DNA of 64,000 nt from Candidatus Woesearchaeota archaeon (GTDB lineage Archaea; Nanobdellota; Nanobdellia; Woesearchaeales; GCA-2686295). The position numbers and the translations under genes were made by a program. Positions 1 through 9,845 of this stretch are shown in pieces (positions within the stretch are counted from its first letter, which is position 1; each line of letters starts with the position of its first letter). The stretch spans positions 71,308 to 135,307 of the forward strand of contig JABMPT010000005.1 in the NCBI GenBank assembly GCA_013202845.1, read 5' to 3'. The notes under the pieces are model-generated. The model made no database searches and was not told the origin of the DNA. It worked only from the letters and a program-made list of their open reading frames with translations.

Positions 1-192
1 AAGACAATGACTCACATAATTGCTTAATCTTTCTATGTTTGGAGACAAAGAAGCTGCTTGTAAAAAAACTCTTGTAGCAGATTCAACATTAATATCTCCA
101 TTAGGATTCCAATGGTTCCAAAGCTTTTCTATTTTTTCATCTAATTCTTTATTTGTATTTAAAAAAGGAAGAACAGTATCATGATAATCCAT
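1..192 (-). CDS. Hypothetical protein, N-terminal 64 codons (runs off the window edge), immediately downstream of the PEP mutase gene
   Basis: ATG at 192-190 directly follows the TAA of the upstream gene; open frame MDYHDTVLPFLNTNKELDEKIEKLWNHWNPNGDINVESATRVFLQAASLSPNIERLSNYVSHCL to the edge; no family recognised. Confidence 0.6.
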   Translation of the reverse strand, partial: MDYHDTVLPFLNTNKELDEKIEKLWNHWNPNGDINVESATRVFLQAASLSPNIERLSNYVSHCL

Positions 193-1485
193 TTATTTCC
201 CTCCAGGAATCAATGTAAGAATATCTTTTATTGACATACAGTATTCCTGCGATGCTTCATAAGCCCTTTCATTCATAAGAATCGATTCTGCAGCCTTGAG
301 CATTGCCGGATATGCACTTCTCAACAAGTGATTTGCATAAATAACTACATTTACTCCTGCTTTCCTCAACTCCTCTTCATATATTTGGCTGTAGGTTGAA
401 GGTACAACCACTAATGGAACTTTCTTTTTGAATTTTGAAAAGTGTCTACAGAATTCTAAGATTTCTTTAGGTTCTTTTTCCTTGCTATGAATCATTAGTC
501 CATCTGCTCCTGCAGCTATATACGCCTGAGCTCTTTTCAAAGCATCCTTCATTCCTGCTTTCAGTATCAAGCTCTCAATTCTTGCTATTATCATAAAATC
601 TTCTGTCACTTGAGATTTTTTCCCTTCTGATATTTTGTATGCAAAACTCTTAATAGAATCTTGTTTTTGGTCTACTTCTGTTCCAAATAAAGAATTCTTT
701 TTTAAACCGATTTTATCTTCTATTATTATCGCTGAAATTCCCAATCTTTCCAATGTTTTAACAGTAAAAACAAAGTGCTCTGGTATCCCTCCTGTATCAC
801 CATCTACAATTATTGGTTTGGTTGTTGCTTCAACAATGTGATTTAGGGTATCCATTCTTTCAACCAATTCTATATCTGGTTTGCCCTTAGCAGTTGAATC
901 TGTCAGGCTACTAATCCAAACTCCATCAAACTCTTTAGTGTTATTATCTTTCAAGACCTTTGTACTTTCGACAATCAAACTACTAATGCCATTATGAGCT
1001 TCCATAAATCTAACCATATCTTTTACTTCTAAAAGACGTCTGAGTTTTCTCATTCTTATCTCAGGTGTTGTTCCAATATCATGTAATTCTTTATGCAATT
1101 GTGTAGAAGATATTCCTGGAGTATAAGGAATTTCAATTAGTTTGCCGCCCCATTCCTTCAGAGCGTTAATAACTCTTTGTCTTGTTTCCCTCTGCACTCC
1201 TGTTTTCCAGTCATTACCATGAATTACGTAGTCTGGTTTTATTTTCCTAAGGTTCGGAACATAATCCAATGTTTCTTGTGGCAACACTTTACTAACACCT
1301 TTTATATGTTCTATAATAAATTTTCTTTGATGATAGGTCAATGCAGGTAAACGTTTATAACTAGCAATAGCCTTATCTGTTAGAACACCCACTATTACTT
1401 CTCCATATTGCTTGGCTTGGTTAATAATATTCAAATGTCCGTGATGTATTAGATCTGCACTCATACCAACATATACTTTTTTCAT
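193..1485 (-). CDS. pepM: Cytidylyltransferase-phosphoenolpyruvate mutase fusion (phosphonate biosynthesis)
   Basis: N-terminal HxGH (DLIHHGH) cytidylyltransferase domain; C-terminal ICL/PEPM fold with the PepM signature EDKxxxxxNS ([10 protein letters not shown]), plus DGDTG and ARIES. Confidence 0.93.
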   Translation of the reverse strand: MKKVYVGMSADLIHHGHLNIINQAKQYGEVIVGVLTDKAIASYKRLPALTYHQRKFIIEHIKGVSKVLPQETLDYVPNLRKIKPDYVIHGNDWKTGVQRETRQRVINALKEWGGKLIEIPYTPGISSTQLHKELHDIGTTPEIRMRKLRRLLEVKDMVRFMEAHNGISSLIVESTKVLKDNNTKEFDGVWISSLTDSTAKGKPDIELVERMDTLNHIVEATTKPIIVDGDTGGIPEHFVFTVKTLERLGISAIIIEDKIGLKKNSLFGTEVDQKQDSIKSFAYKISEGKKSQVTEDFMIIARIESLILKAGMKDALKRAQAYIAAGADGLMIHSKEKEPKEILEFCRHFSKFKKKVPLVVVPSTYSQIYEEELRKAGVNVVIYANHLLRSAYPAMLKAAESILMNERAYEASQEYCMSIKDILTLIPGGK

Positions 1486-2030
1486 TTTTTATCATCTCCG
1501 CTGTATATTTTCAAGATTTGCCTCACCACTTTTTCAGGCAATAATTTCTCATAAGAATCAAGTTGAATGATTTCCCCATCGATTTGCTTGATAAACTTTG
1601 TTCCACCAGGTATTGTCTTCCAATTAGAGCCATAAATTAATATTATCTTCGAATCTTTGAATTGACTATGAATTTTCTTAAGGTTCTCAGTCGGATCCAG
1701 ACTGTTCTGAGACATAATCATATCAACACATCTAAGAGAAGAAATGATTGCGCTTCTCTCTTTTAAGTTGGCAATAGGTTTTCCTCGATAGGATTTTACT
1801 GCTTCATCACTTAAAACTCCACAAATATGAAGTTCTCCTAATTTATTCGCATTCTCAAGCAATTGCAATTGTCCATAGTTAAACAAGTCTCCAGTAGTAG
1901 AGGAGTATACAATTCTCTTTATCTTCTCTTTTTCAACACTAACAAGGTCTCCTTCCTTTATTCCAGAATTCTTTGGTATGGTCACACAGAGTTGACCATT
2001 GGATTTATTAAGCCAAACAATTTTCTTCAT
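1482..2030 (-). CDS. AbrB/SpoVT-like DNA-binding domain fused to a degenerate cytidylyltransferase domain
   Basis: N-terminal [19 protein letters not shown] is a swapped-hairpin pattern; C-terminal domain resembles the neighbouring CTase (GVLSD, ER, GSNWK) but HxGH is NYGQ; ATGA overlap with pepM. Confidence 0.75.
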   Translation of the reverse strand: MKKIVWLNKSNGQLCVTIPKNSGIKEGDLVSVEKEKIKRIVYSSTTGDLFNYGQLQLLENANKLGELHICGVLSDEAVKSYRGKPIANLKERSAIISSLRCVDMIMSQNSLDPTENLKKIHSQFKDSKIILIYGSNWKTIPGGTKFIKQIDGEIIQLDSYEKLLPEKVVRQILKIYSGDDKK

Positions 2031-2068
2031 TTACTAGTGTTACTAGTATGATATTTATATATTTTTCC
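2031..2068 (-). promoter_or_regulatory. BRE/TATA promoter with tandem ACTAGT palindromes (candidate operator)
   Basis: Minus strand reads GGAAAAA-TATATAAA-TATCA-TACTAGTA-ACACTAGTAA-ATG. Confidence 0.6.
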
Positions 2069-2080
2069 ATTATGGAAGAA

Positions 2081-2803
2081 CTAAGATTTACCAATAGCAC
2101 CATCATCAGAAAAAGTAATCCAATTTTTTTGAGTAACACACCAATTTTTACCATAACGAAAAACAAGATAAGACTTTAAAGATCTGGGAACATTAAAAGA
2201 AACACCGTAAAAACTTAGAGAAGAAAAGTTCTTAAAATAATGTGCTGGGACAACCCAATTAATTTCCTCACAACCAAAAGGGCAAGAAACCTTGGAAATA
2301 AATTTTTTTATACTCGCCTTACAATCATTTGGGAATAAAAAAACCCAAAATAAAAGAAAATGCTTTATAAGGGTTGATAAATTAAAAAAGTTCCTTGAAC
2401 GAATACTATTATAATTAATAACTGAAAAAGTCCACCACCAAGCCTTAAAAAGCTTTCCAAAAACAGACTTGGTTGTTAAAAGACTTCTGAAAGCAACTCT
2501 TTTTCTAAGATAAAAAACAGACACATTAACAAGTATTTTCTTTTTTTCTAAAACAATTTTGTCTTTAAGAACATAAATCTGAAAACCTTTATTTCCAAGT
2601 TCCTTGAAAAGTTTGTTACTTGAATTAAAGTGTACTACTTCATGCGACCAAATACCTAAATCTATATCGTTATCCCAAGGAATAAACTTTTTATCTCGGA
2701 CAGCAGCAAGTAAGGTACCTGAATCCAACCAATAAGTAACATTGTGCTTTTTGAAAACTTCGTCCACCTCTTTCAACACTGCAGCAGCATTCTTCTCATT
2801 CAT
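2081..2803 (-). CDS. LicD-family phosphotransferase
   Basis: YWLDSGTLLAAVR..FIPWDNDIDLG motif; C-terminal YL..RYG.NW. Confidence 0.88.
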   Translation of the reverse strand: MNEKNAAAVLKEVDEVFKKHNVTYWLDSGTLLAAVRDKKFIPWDNDIDLGIWSHEVVHFNSSNKLFKELGNKGFQIYVLKDKIVLEKKKILVNVSVFYLRKRVAFRSLLTTKSVFGKLFKAWWWTFSVINYNSIRSRNFFNLSTLIKHFLLFWVFLFPNDCKASIKKFISKVSCPFGCEEINWVVPAHYFKNFSSLSFYGVSFNVPRSLKSYLVFRYGKNWCVTQKNWITFSDDGAIGKS

Positions 2804-2827
2804 TCATCAACACCCCTTACCAAAGAA

Positions 2828-3766
2828 CTAACCTTTAATCTCCTTAATCGAATAATTCTTTTCCTGTCTATAATACATTTTCATCATAATATCAGCTAAC
2901 ACACCAAACATTAAAAACTGTACTCCTAGCACAACCAGCAGAACCGCCAATATCAACAATGGCCTGTTTCCAATTCCTATTCCAAGGAATATCCTTATAA
3001 AAGCAAGATACAGTCCAATTAAAACTCCTAAAAAACCACTTAGTAAACCCAAACCACCAAATAAGTGTATAGGTCTTGCAGAGTATTGCATCCAAAACTT
3101 AACCACCAGCAAATCCAGAAAACCTCTGAAAACCCTTAAGGGACCATACTTTGTCTTGCCAAATCTTCTATGATGATGTCTAACCTTAAGTTCTCCTATC
3201 CTAAAACCTTTTATGGACAGTATCAAAGGAATAAACCTGTGCATCTCGCCAAAAAGAGTTATATCATCAAAACACTCCTTCCTGTAAGCCTTTAAAGTGC
3301 AGCCAGAATCATGAACAGTATCCTTTGCAATTGATCTTCTGATAACTCCTGCAATCAAAGAGAAAAGCTTTTTTAAAATACTGTCCTTTCGTTTAAATCT
3401 CCAGCCCGAAACACAATCAAAACCCTCATTCAGCTTTGCAATCAATCTCGGAATATCCTGAGGATCATTCTGGAGATCTGCATCAGTAGCGATTATTATT
3501 CCCCCCTTGGCGTTCTTAAAACCTGCATCAAGAGCAGCTGTTTGGCCAAAGTTTCTTCTGAAAACTATTATTTTCACAAGCTTATCCTTTTCACGAATCT
3601 TTTCAAGAATACTAAGAGTCCTGTCTCTAGAGCCATCATCAACAAATATTATTTCATAGGATTTACCTATACTTCTAAGGACTTCAGATACTTTTTTATG
3701 TAGAATAAACACATTCTCTCCCTCATTATATGTAGGAATAACAACTGAAATCTCGGGCTCTTTCAT
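2828..3766 (-). CDS. GT2 polyprenol-phosphate glycosyltransferase with two C-terminal TM helices
   Basis: VVIPTYNE, VDDGSRD, RNFGQ, DADLQ, FGEMHRFIP. Confidence 0.88.
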   Translation of the reverse strand: MKEPEISVVIPTYNEGENVFILHKKVSEVLRSIGKSYEIIFVDDGSRDRTLSILEKIREKDKLVKIIVFRRNFGQTAALDAGFKNAKGGIIIATDADLQNDPQDIPRLIAKLNEGFDCVSGWRFKRKDSILKKLFSLIAGVIRRSIAKDTVHDSGCTLKAYRKECFDDITLFGEMHRFIPLILSIKGFRIGELKVRHHHRRFGKTKYGPLRVFRGFLDLLVVKFWMQYSARPIHLFGGLGLLSGFLGVLIGLYLAFIRIFLGIGIGNRPLLILAVLLVVLGVQFLMFGVLADIMMKMYYRQEKNYSIKEIKG

Positions 3767-3856
3767 TTTAATACAACTCCACAGGTAACTAAAATAGTAC
3801 TCGTGTATGACAGAATATCAAAATAGTTTATAAAAGTATATTTTTTAGAGAGAAAA

Positions 3857-4384
3857 CTACTTAATCACTTCTAAAAAATAATGTATTTCTGAAGAAGGAA
3901 AAATCCAGCAAAAGAATCTTTGGTAAAAGGTTGGGAATAAGTTTATCAAGAAATCAAGAGGCCAGGAATAGAACTTAGATCTCATAAAAGCTTTACCAGA
4001 AAAGAAGAATATTCTTCGTTTCAACATTCTGAACTTTGCTTTCGAGTAATAACCTTCTTTTGAGAAACAGTCAAAAGTCTTGTAAGTAAAAAAACTCTTG
4101 TGCTGTGGATCATTAAAGGCTCCTTGTCCAGAAAAATAAGGGGCCATTATTTTAATTTTTGCATTCTTTTTTGAAATTCTATAAATCTCTTCGAGTGAAA
4201 GAATCAAGTTATCAACATGCTCCAAGAAATGTCTACAAAAAACTTCATCAAAATTATTTTCTTTAAATGGATATGGAATCTTATTCAAGTCATGTACAAC
4301 ATCAACTCCAGGTAGATTCACAATATCAACGTTTAAATAACCTTTAAGAACACCTCTACCAGACCCTAAATTTAATTTATTCAT
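3857..4384 (-). CDS. Class I SAM-dependent methyltransferase (type 11-like)
   Basis: LNLGSG, DVVHDL, HFLEH; likely start ATG 4384 overlapping the aglB stop. Confidence 0.8.
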   Translation of the reverse strand: MNKLNLGSGRGVLKGYLNVDIVNLPGVDVVHDLNKIPYPFKENNFDEVFCRHFLEHVDNLILSLEEIYRISKKNAKIKIMAPYFSGQGAFNDPQHKSFFTYKTFDCFSKEGYYSKAKFRMLKRRIFFFSGKAFMRSKFYSWPLDFLINLFPTFYQRFFCWIFPSSEIHYFLEVIK

Positions 4385-7238
4385 TTTCTGGATTCCAATT
4401 AACTTTCCAAACAATTATCCTGCTGCCAGTAACTGCAGTCATGTCACTAAATTTCTCAAAATGTGAAGTATGCCTTCCATCCATATAAAATAATTTAGTA
4501 AACAAAGACTGCGAAAGGTCAGGATGAGTAACCAATGCTTTATTGACTTTTCTGTCATAAACAAGATTTAAGAATATGTCTTGTCCGCCAACATCATATT
4601 TTTCAAAAGTATCACCAGCTATAACAACACTCGGTGGCTTCACTTCTTGCTGACCAGCAATCGAACCTGTATTTCTGTCAACAAATGCAAGTATGAATTT
4701 TGTGTCAGAAGGATTTGACAAGTTTATAATTGCTTTTTGTATGTTAACATTTTGACCAAGATTACTTTGACCAATACCTAATCCTATATTGCATTCAGCA
4801 ATCTCTGAAGTATTTGTACAACTTCTCAAACTTGGTGTGCCATAGTTTGGCCAAGGAGCAATCCAATTGTTTACCTCTTGGTCACTTGCCAATGCTTGAA
4901 CATCATAGTAATACTTACTTGCTTTATCTTCTGTATAATTAAATCTGTCCATTAATAAATCAATTGATTCTTGGTATCCTTTTCTTCTAACATTATTGTA
5001 TATAAATGACCTATCAAAATTCCAACTTCCAAAATGAGACCATACACCTGCCTTACCAACCATATCTCCTGATGTTATCAAAAAAGCTTCAGGAGGTTCA
5101 CAATGAGAATTATTTAATATTGTTTCTATTTCTTCAATTGAGAATCCTTTGTCTAGTAAATGAGTTCTAGCATCCTCTTTTTCTTTCATAATAATTTCAT
5201 AGATAATATTTACTGAAATTTCAGTATCATTATACTTCTTGTCAATTTCATTAAAAGCATTATTGGCTCCACAATCAAGCATTCTGAGAATCGCAATTGA
5301 TAAGTCTTCATCATCTGACATCAAAAGTTTTCCAACCCAATGAGCTTGAGGCATATTCTGGCTTCCACCATCAAAAGTGACTGGTCTATCAGCTATTGCT
5401 TTAAACCAGTGACCGAAATCCCACCAAGAAGTTATTATAGCATTTTCAGTTGAATTATCTTTTATCTTTGTCAAGCTAGTCCACCAAGCATCATTCATAC
5501 TTGGTATTTCCCCTTTGGCAACGTTATTAGCTGCTTTAATAGGATTAATAAGCAACAATAACAATAACAATATTAATAGCGCAGAAATAATTTTCTTGTT
5601 AAATTTAAATTCTTTTGAAATCAAATCAGATAGAGTTGATTGAATAAAACCTAAAGCAATACCAAAAGCTATTCCAAAAGCAGGTACAATCAATAAAACA
5701 AATCTTGTTCCTTTTGTGCTAGCATACATCGTTCCAACAAACCATATCGTAAGAAAGAGAGCATATTTAACATCAATATTCCTTTCGTCTTTGAGAAGAA
5801 GAAATAATCCTATGGCCACTGGCAACAAAAAGACCATGAAGTATTTCATAGGTGAGAATCTTATAAAAGCATCTGTTATTAATAGTAAATAAAAGACCAG
5901 CCCAGAACCAAAAAGGATAAAATCTTTTTTATTCAACTCATCTCTTTTCACCAAAGTAAGTATAACGCCTAAACTAGCAATGAAAAAGAAAAGTTTTCCG
6001 CCTATCTGACTTATGATTGAACTGAGTGACGCAGGATTAAGCTCTGCAACAGTTGTATAAACATTCGGCCAAAGATTAGCATGAGAAGCTTGCTTTATGA
6101 TTGTAAAGCCAAGAGGTCCTTTGATAAACTGCAGAAAAAAAGCAAAGTTAAAAAATAAAGAAACAGAAATTCCTGAGAAAATAATAAATAATCCTAAGAA
6201 TCTTAATGAATTTTTTAATTCATCACTCCAGAATTTTTCTAAACTTTTTGTTCTTATTAAAGACCTAATAAAGAAATAAACAATATACACTAAAATAACA
6301 CCTAACAAGAAGTCAAAGATGTACCACCAACCACTCCAAGCAAAACTGTAGAGTCCAACTAAAAAACCACATAAAGCCAATAGCCATGTTTGTTTCTTCC
6401 AGTTGTCTGTTTCAAAGGCTTCAATAAAAACCCAAGCAATGAAAAGCGGAAATAAAACATTGTAAGCATCCGTGTCTGCAAATCCTCCTGCAGTTCTACC
6501 AATGTAAGCGGCATGAACAGCTACAATCATTGCAGCAACGAATCCACCAAAGTAACCAATCCTTCTTTTGGCAATAAAAAAAGCAGGAATAACAGAGAGA
6601 GCTGATAAAATAATTGGAATAAAGAATACTGTTTTCATTAAAGATTGCTCCCGGAATATTGAAATTATTTTATGTAAATAATATTCCAAATATGGATGTA
6701 AATGAGGTCTTGCAAAATTACCTAAGGGTGCTACGCCATGATTATCAAATGGCTTTCCATCAATTAACAAGTCACCCATATGACCATTCTCAAATAAATT
6801 CCTTGAATACCTGTAATAAAAGTATGGATCAATTGCTAGCAGATAAGTTTGGCCTGTTTCATCTTGAAAACGAGATTTTAGATCATTCGACAAACGATTG
6901 ATTTCATTTTGCAATCCAGAATCTTGTTGCTTCAAGAAGTCCACCACTTGAGTATCAATTATTTGATTCTTATTTGCGCTTGGAAGATTAGGATATTGTT
7001 GATTAACTTGCGCAGCAATCTGAGACCTAACACCATTATATATATTATTATAAGCCCAATCATCAGTAACAGGCAAATAATAGGAATACATCCTAAAATA
7101 AACTGAAAAAAACAAAGGAATCAGTATTAACAAAACAGTCAACCATTTTTTATTCTTAAAAGAACCTACTCTTTTAAACCAAGAAATAACAGCTGATATA
7201 TCAACAGAAAATTCGTCTTCTTGTTTTGTTTTAACCAT
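4377..7238 (-). CDS. aglB: Archaeal oligosaccharyltransferase (STT3 family)
   Basis: 953 aa; DPY, ADTD, TVAE, WWDFG and DGG motifs; multi-TM N-terminal region followed by a soluble domain. Confidence 0.95.
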   Translation of the reverse strand: MVKTKQEDEFSVDISAVISWFKRVGSFKNKKWLTVLLILIPLFFSVYFRMYSYYLPVTDDWAYNNIYNGVRSQIAAQVNQQYPNLPSANKNQIIDTQVVDFLKQQDSGLQNEINRLSNDLKSRFQDETGQTYLLAIDPYFYYRYSRNLFENGHMGDLLIDGKPFDNHGVAPLGNFARPHLHPYLEYYLHKIISIFREQSLMKTVFFIPIILSALSVIPAFFIAKRRIGYFGGFVAAMIVAVHAAYIGRTAGGFADTDAYNVLFPLFIAWVFIEAFETDNWKKQTWLLALCGFLVGLYSFAWSGWWYIFDFLLGVILVYIVYFFIRSLIRTKSLEKFWSDELKNSLRFLGLFIIFSGISVSLFFNFAFFLQFIKGPLGFTIIKQASHANLWPNVYTTVAELNPASLSSIISQIGGKLFFFIASLGVILTLVKRDELNKKDFILFGSGLVFYLLLITDAFIRFSPMKYFMVFLLPVAIGLFLLLKDERNIDVKYALFLTIWFVGTMYASTKGTRFVLLIVPAFGIAFGIALGFIQSTLSDLISKEFKFNKKIISALLILLLLLLLINPIKAANNVAKGEIPSMNDAWWTSLTKIKDNSTENAIITSWWDFGHWFKAIADRPVTFDGGSQNMPQAHWVGKLLMSDDEDLSIAILRMLDCGANNAFNEIDKKYNDTEISVNIIYEIIMKEKEDARTHLLDKGFSIEEIETILNNSHCEPPEAFLITSGDMVGKAGVWSHFGSWNFDRSFIYNNVRRKGYQESIDLLMDRFNYTEDKASKYYYDVQALASDQEVNNWIAPWPNYGTPSLRSCTNTSEIAECNIGLGIGQSNLGQNVNIQKAIINLSNPSDTKFILAFVDRNTGSIAGQQEVKPPSVVIAGDTFEKYDVGGQDIFLNLVYDRKVNKALVTHPDLSQSLFTKLFYMDGRHTSHFEKFSDMTAVTGSRIIVWKVNWNPENE

Positions 7239-7342
7239 ATAACCCCCTTTGTGCTAAAAGTTATGATGAATTGTTTATATAATTTTTGATTAAAAAAACA
7301 AACAACAAGATTTAAATAAAAACAAAAAGTCATTAAAAAAAT

Positions 7343-7891
7343 ATGGAAACTACAATAAAGTGGAGAGGTAGAATTCTTATTAAAGCGATTAAAAGATTCT
7401 CATTACAAGATAAAAAAGTGTTGGATATTGGCTGTGGAAATGGCGTAATTACAGATCAGCTGCAGAAGTATTTCAATTTGAAGATTACAGGTTTAGACAT
7501 ACTTAATTATCTTACAAAAAAAATAGATTTTCAGCTAATGAAAGAAGAAGATAAAATACCTTATAAAGATAATAAATTCGATTTAGGAATATTTACAGAT
7601 GCATTGCATCACATGCCTTATAAGATTCAAGTCAAACTCATAAAAGAAGCATTAAGAGTCAGCAAAGAAGTTCTAATTTTTGAAGTCGCACCAACATTCA
7701 AAGGCAAATTAATAGATTTTCTAATTAATCAGATTCACAATGCAAATATGCCAATATTGTTAACTCATAGAAATAAACAAGATTGGATGAAAGTATTTGC
7801 GAAAAACAATATAAAAGCAGAGTTTTATCCTGTAAAAACTCCTTTTATCTATCCATTCATACATTACTTATTTCATCTAAGAAAAGAATAA
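7343..7891 (+). CDS. Class I SAM-dependent methyltransferase
   Basis: VLDIGCGNG, LHH motif. Confidence 0.82.
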   Translation: METTIKWRGRILIKAIKRFSLQDKKVLDIGCGNGVITDQLQKYFNLKITGLDILNYLTKKIDFQLMKEEDKIPYKDNKFDLGIFTDALHHMPYKIQVKLIKEALRVSKEVLIFEVAPTFKGKLIDFLINQIHNANMPILLTHRNKQDWMKVFAKNNIKAEFYPVKTPFIYPFIHYLFHLRKE

Positions 7892-7899
7892 ACAAAAAT

Positions 7900-9129
7900 C
7901 TAAGCAGAAGAAAATCGTTTTTTATTTTTTTGTTTAACAATTTCAATCCAACTTTTTAGCAAAACAAACCAAGCAATTAAAAAAGTTATTTTCATTAACC
8001 ATTCAAACAAATAAGTCATAGATTCAGACAGACCCATACTTGCTAAATAACCGCCACTTACTGTATAAAATAACAGTCCAAAAATTATTCCAAGTGAAGA
8101 AGTCACTAGAAACAAAATTTTCTTTTTATTAATAAGAAGAAAGAAAGGAACCATCCATGAGAAGTAATGCAACCCAAAACCCATTCTAAAAACAACAAAT
8201 GTTAATAAACTTGCATAAATAGTAACTAAAAGAGAAAATCGTCTTTTATAACAAATATAGAGAACAAAAATGAAAGGAACTAGAATGATTAATTTCTGAA
8301 TTGAAACAACAAAAGCAGTCAAGAAATGAAACAAACTCATACCTGTGATTGATTGAAGAATTTCAAATAATAATCTAAAACCCCAAGATTCTCCGCCGCC
8401 AAAATAAAGAAAAACAGTTCTTAAAATAGCTAAAAAACTTTCTTTGTTTGAGAATATAAAAGGTGTTAGCAATAAAGCAGAAGAAATTCCAGATACAATC
8501 AGATAATTAATTCTTTTTCTCCATGTTTTTATTTTCATTAATAATGCAGGAATCAATAGTGCTGGCAAAAGTTTCCAGATAGGAGCTAATGAAAACATAA
8601 AAGCCGATAGAGCCCATCTTTTTCCCTTAGAGAAATGAAAATAATACCATGCCAAGAAAATAAAGAACATTATAACCATTGTTGGTTGTCCAAGAACAAC
8701 ACTTGATATTATAGTTATAGGATTAAGGGCATACAACCACCCTATAGTTAGTGATTCTGATATTTTTCTTTTTAATCTAATTGCTGTGTGTATGAGCATT
8801 GCGTTAAACAACACATCAATTATTAAGTATGGAATACGATATACCAAATTCCAAGAAACATCTAAAAAGTTAGAAATCCATTTTATAAGAGCAGAATACA
8901 CCAACCATCCAGGCATATGATCAAAACCAACACGCACTGAATCACCTAAAGTTTCAAGATAAGGATTATGTCCTTCTAACAACCAAACACCTGTTTGCTG
9001 CAAATGAATATCATCAATTAAATTCGTAACATATGGCAGAGAAAGAATTAAAACAACAACTCTCAAAATTAAAGAAACAAAAAGAATATAAAAAAATAAT
9101 CTTTTTAAGTTCTTATCCAATATTTTCAC
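7900..9129 (-). CDS. GT-C superfamily integral-membrane glycosyltransferase (GT87/PIG-M-like)
   Basis: About 10 TM segments; DD then GHNPY in the first loop; LNPITI..S...GQ; K..P. Confidence 0.65.
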   Translation of the reverse strand: MKILDKNLKRLFFYILFVSLILRVVVLILSLPYVTNLIDDIHLQQTGVWLLEGHNPYLETLGDSVRVGFDHMPGWLVYSALIKWISNFLDVSWNLVYRIPYLIIDVLFNAMLIHTAIRLKRKISESLTIGWLYALNPITIISSVVLGQPTMVIMFFIFLAWYYFHFSKGKRWALSAFMFSLAPIWKLLPALLIPALLMKIKTWRKRINYLIVSGISSALLLTPFIFSNKESFLAILRTVFLYFGGGESWGFRLLFEILQSITGMSLFHFLTAFVVSIQKLIILVPFIFVLYICYKRRFSLLVTIYASLLTFVVFRMGFGLHYFSWMVPFFLLINKKKILFLVTSSLGIIFGLLFYTVSGGYLASMGLSESMTYLFEWLMKITFLIAWFVLLKSWIEIVKQKNKKRFSSA

Positions 9130-9818
9130 CTAAAAAATTTTGTTTTCAGAAGAAATAAAGGTATTATAACTCCTTCTCTCCAGAGATTAACATTAGTATT
9201 TCCTTCAAGTCTTCTTTTATAATTTATTGGAAACTCAACTATTTTATAACCTTTCTTCCTAGCCATAATGGCAATTTCAGGTTCATATCCAAAATGAGGG
9301 CATCGCATGTCAATATCCATCATTGCTTTCTTTGTCCAAGCTTTAAAACCTGCATTAACATCAGTAAGCCACTGCCCGCACAAAAGAGATGTGAAGCTCG
9401 AAACTACAAAGTTCGCAACCCTTCTCATTCTTGTTAAAGAACCCTTCTCCACTGTAGCTCCTTTTATGAACCTAGAACAAAAAACTATGTCTGATTTCTT
9501 GTCAAGTATTGGTTTTATCAAACCAGGAAGTTCTTCAGGAGGAAACTGTGAATCAGCATCAACTTGGGCTTGGATTTCTTCTTTTCCATTGATGATTCCT
9601 TGTTTAATAGCATAACCCTTTCCCATGTTTGGTTGGTAACTGACAAGCTTAAGATTCTTTAATTTCATGTTTTTAACAACATCAACAGTCTTGTCTTTTG
9701 AACCATCATCAACTACAACAATCTCTGCTTCTGGAACTGTTTTTCTGACTCTAAGAACTGTTTCTTCAATGTTGTCTTGTTCGTTATAGCACGCAATAAT
9801 TATGCTCAAATTTTTCAT
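9126..9818 (-). CDS. GT2 DPM1-like dolichol-phosphate glycosyltransferase
   Basis: ACYNE, VDDGSKD, NMGKG, DADSQ, TDVNAGFK. Confidence 0.88.
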   Translation of the reverse strand: MKNLSIIIACYNEQDNIEETVLRVRKTVPEAEIVVVDDGSKDKTVDVVKNMKLKNLKLVSYQPNMGKGYAIKQGIINGKEEIQAQVDADSQFPPEELPGLIKPILDKKSDIVFCSRFIKGATVEKGSLTRMRRVANFVVSSFTSLLCGQWLTDVNAGFKAWTKKAMMDIDMRCPHFGYEPEIAIMARKKGYKIVEFPINYKRRLEGNTNVNLWREGVIIPLFLLKTKFFR

Positions 9819-9845
9819 TTTAAATACAGACCAATATTTTATTTA

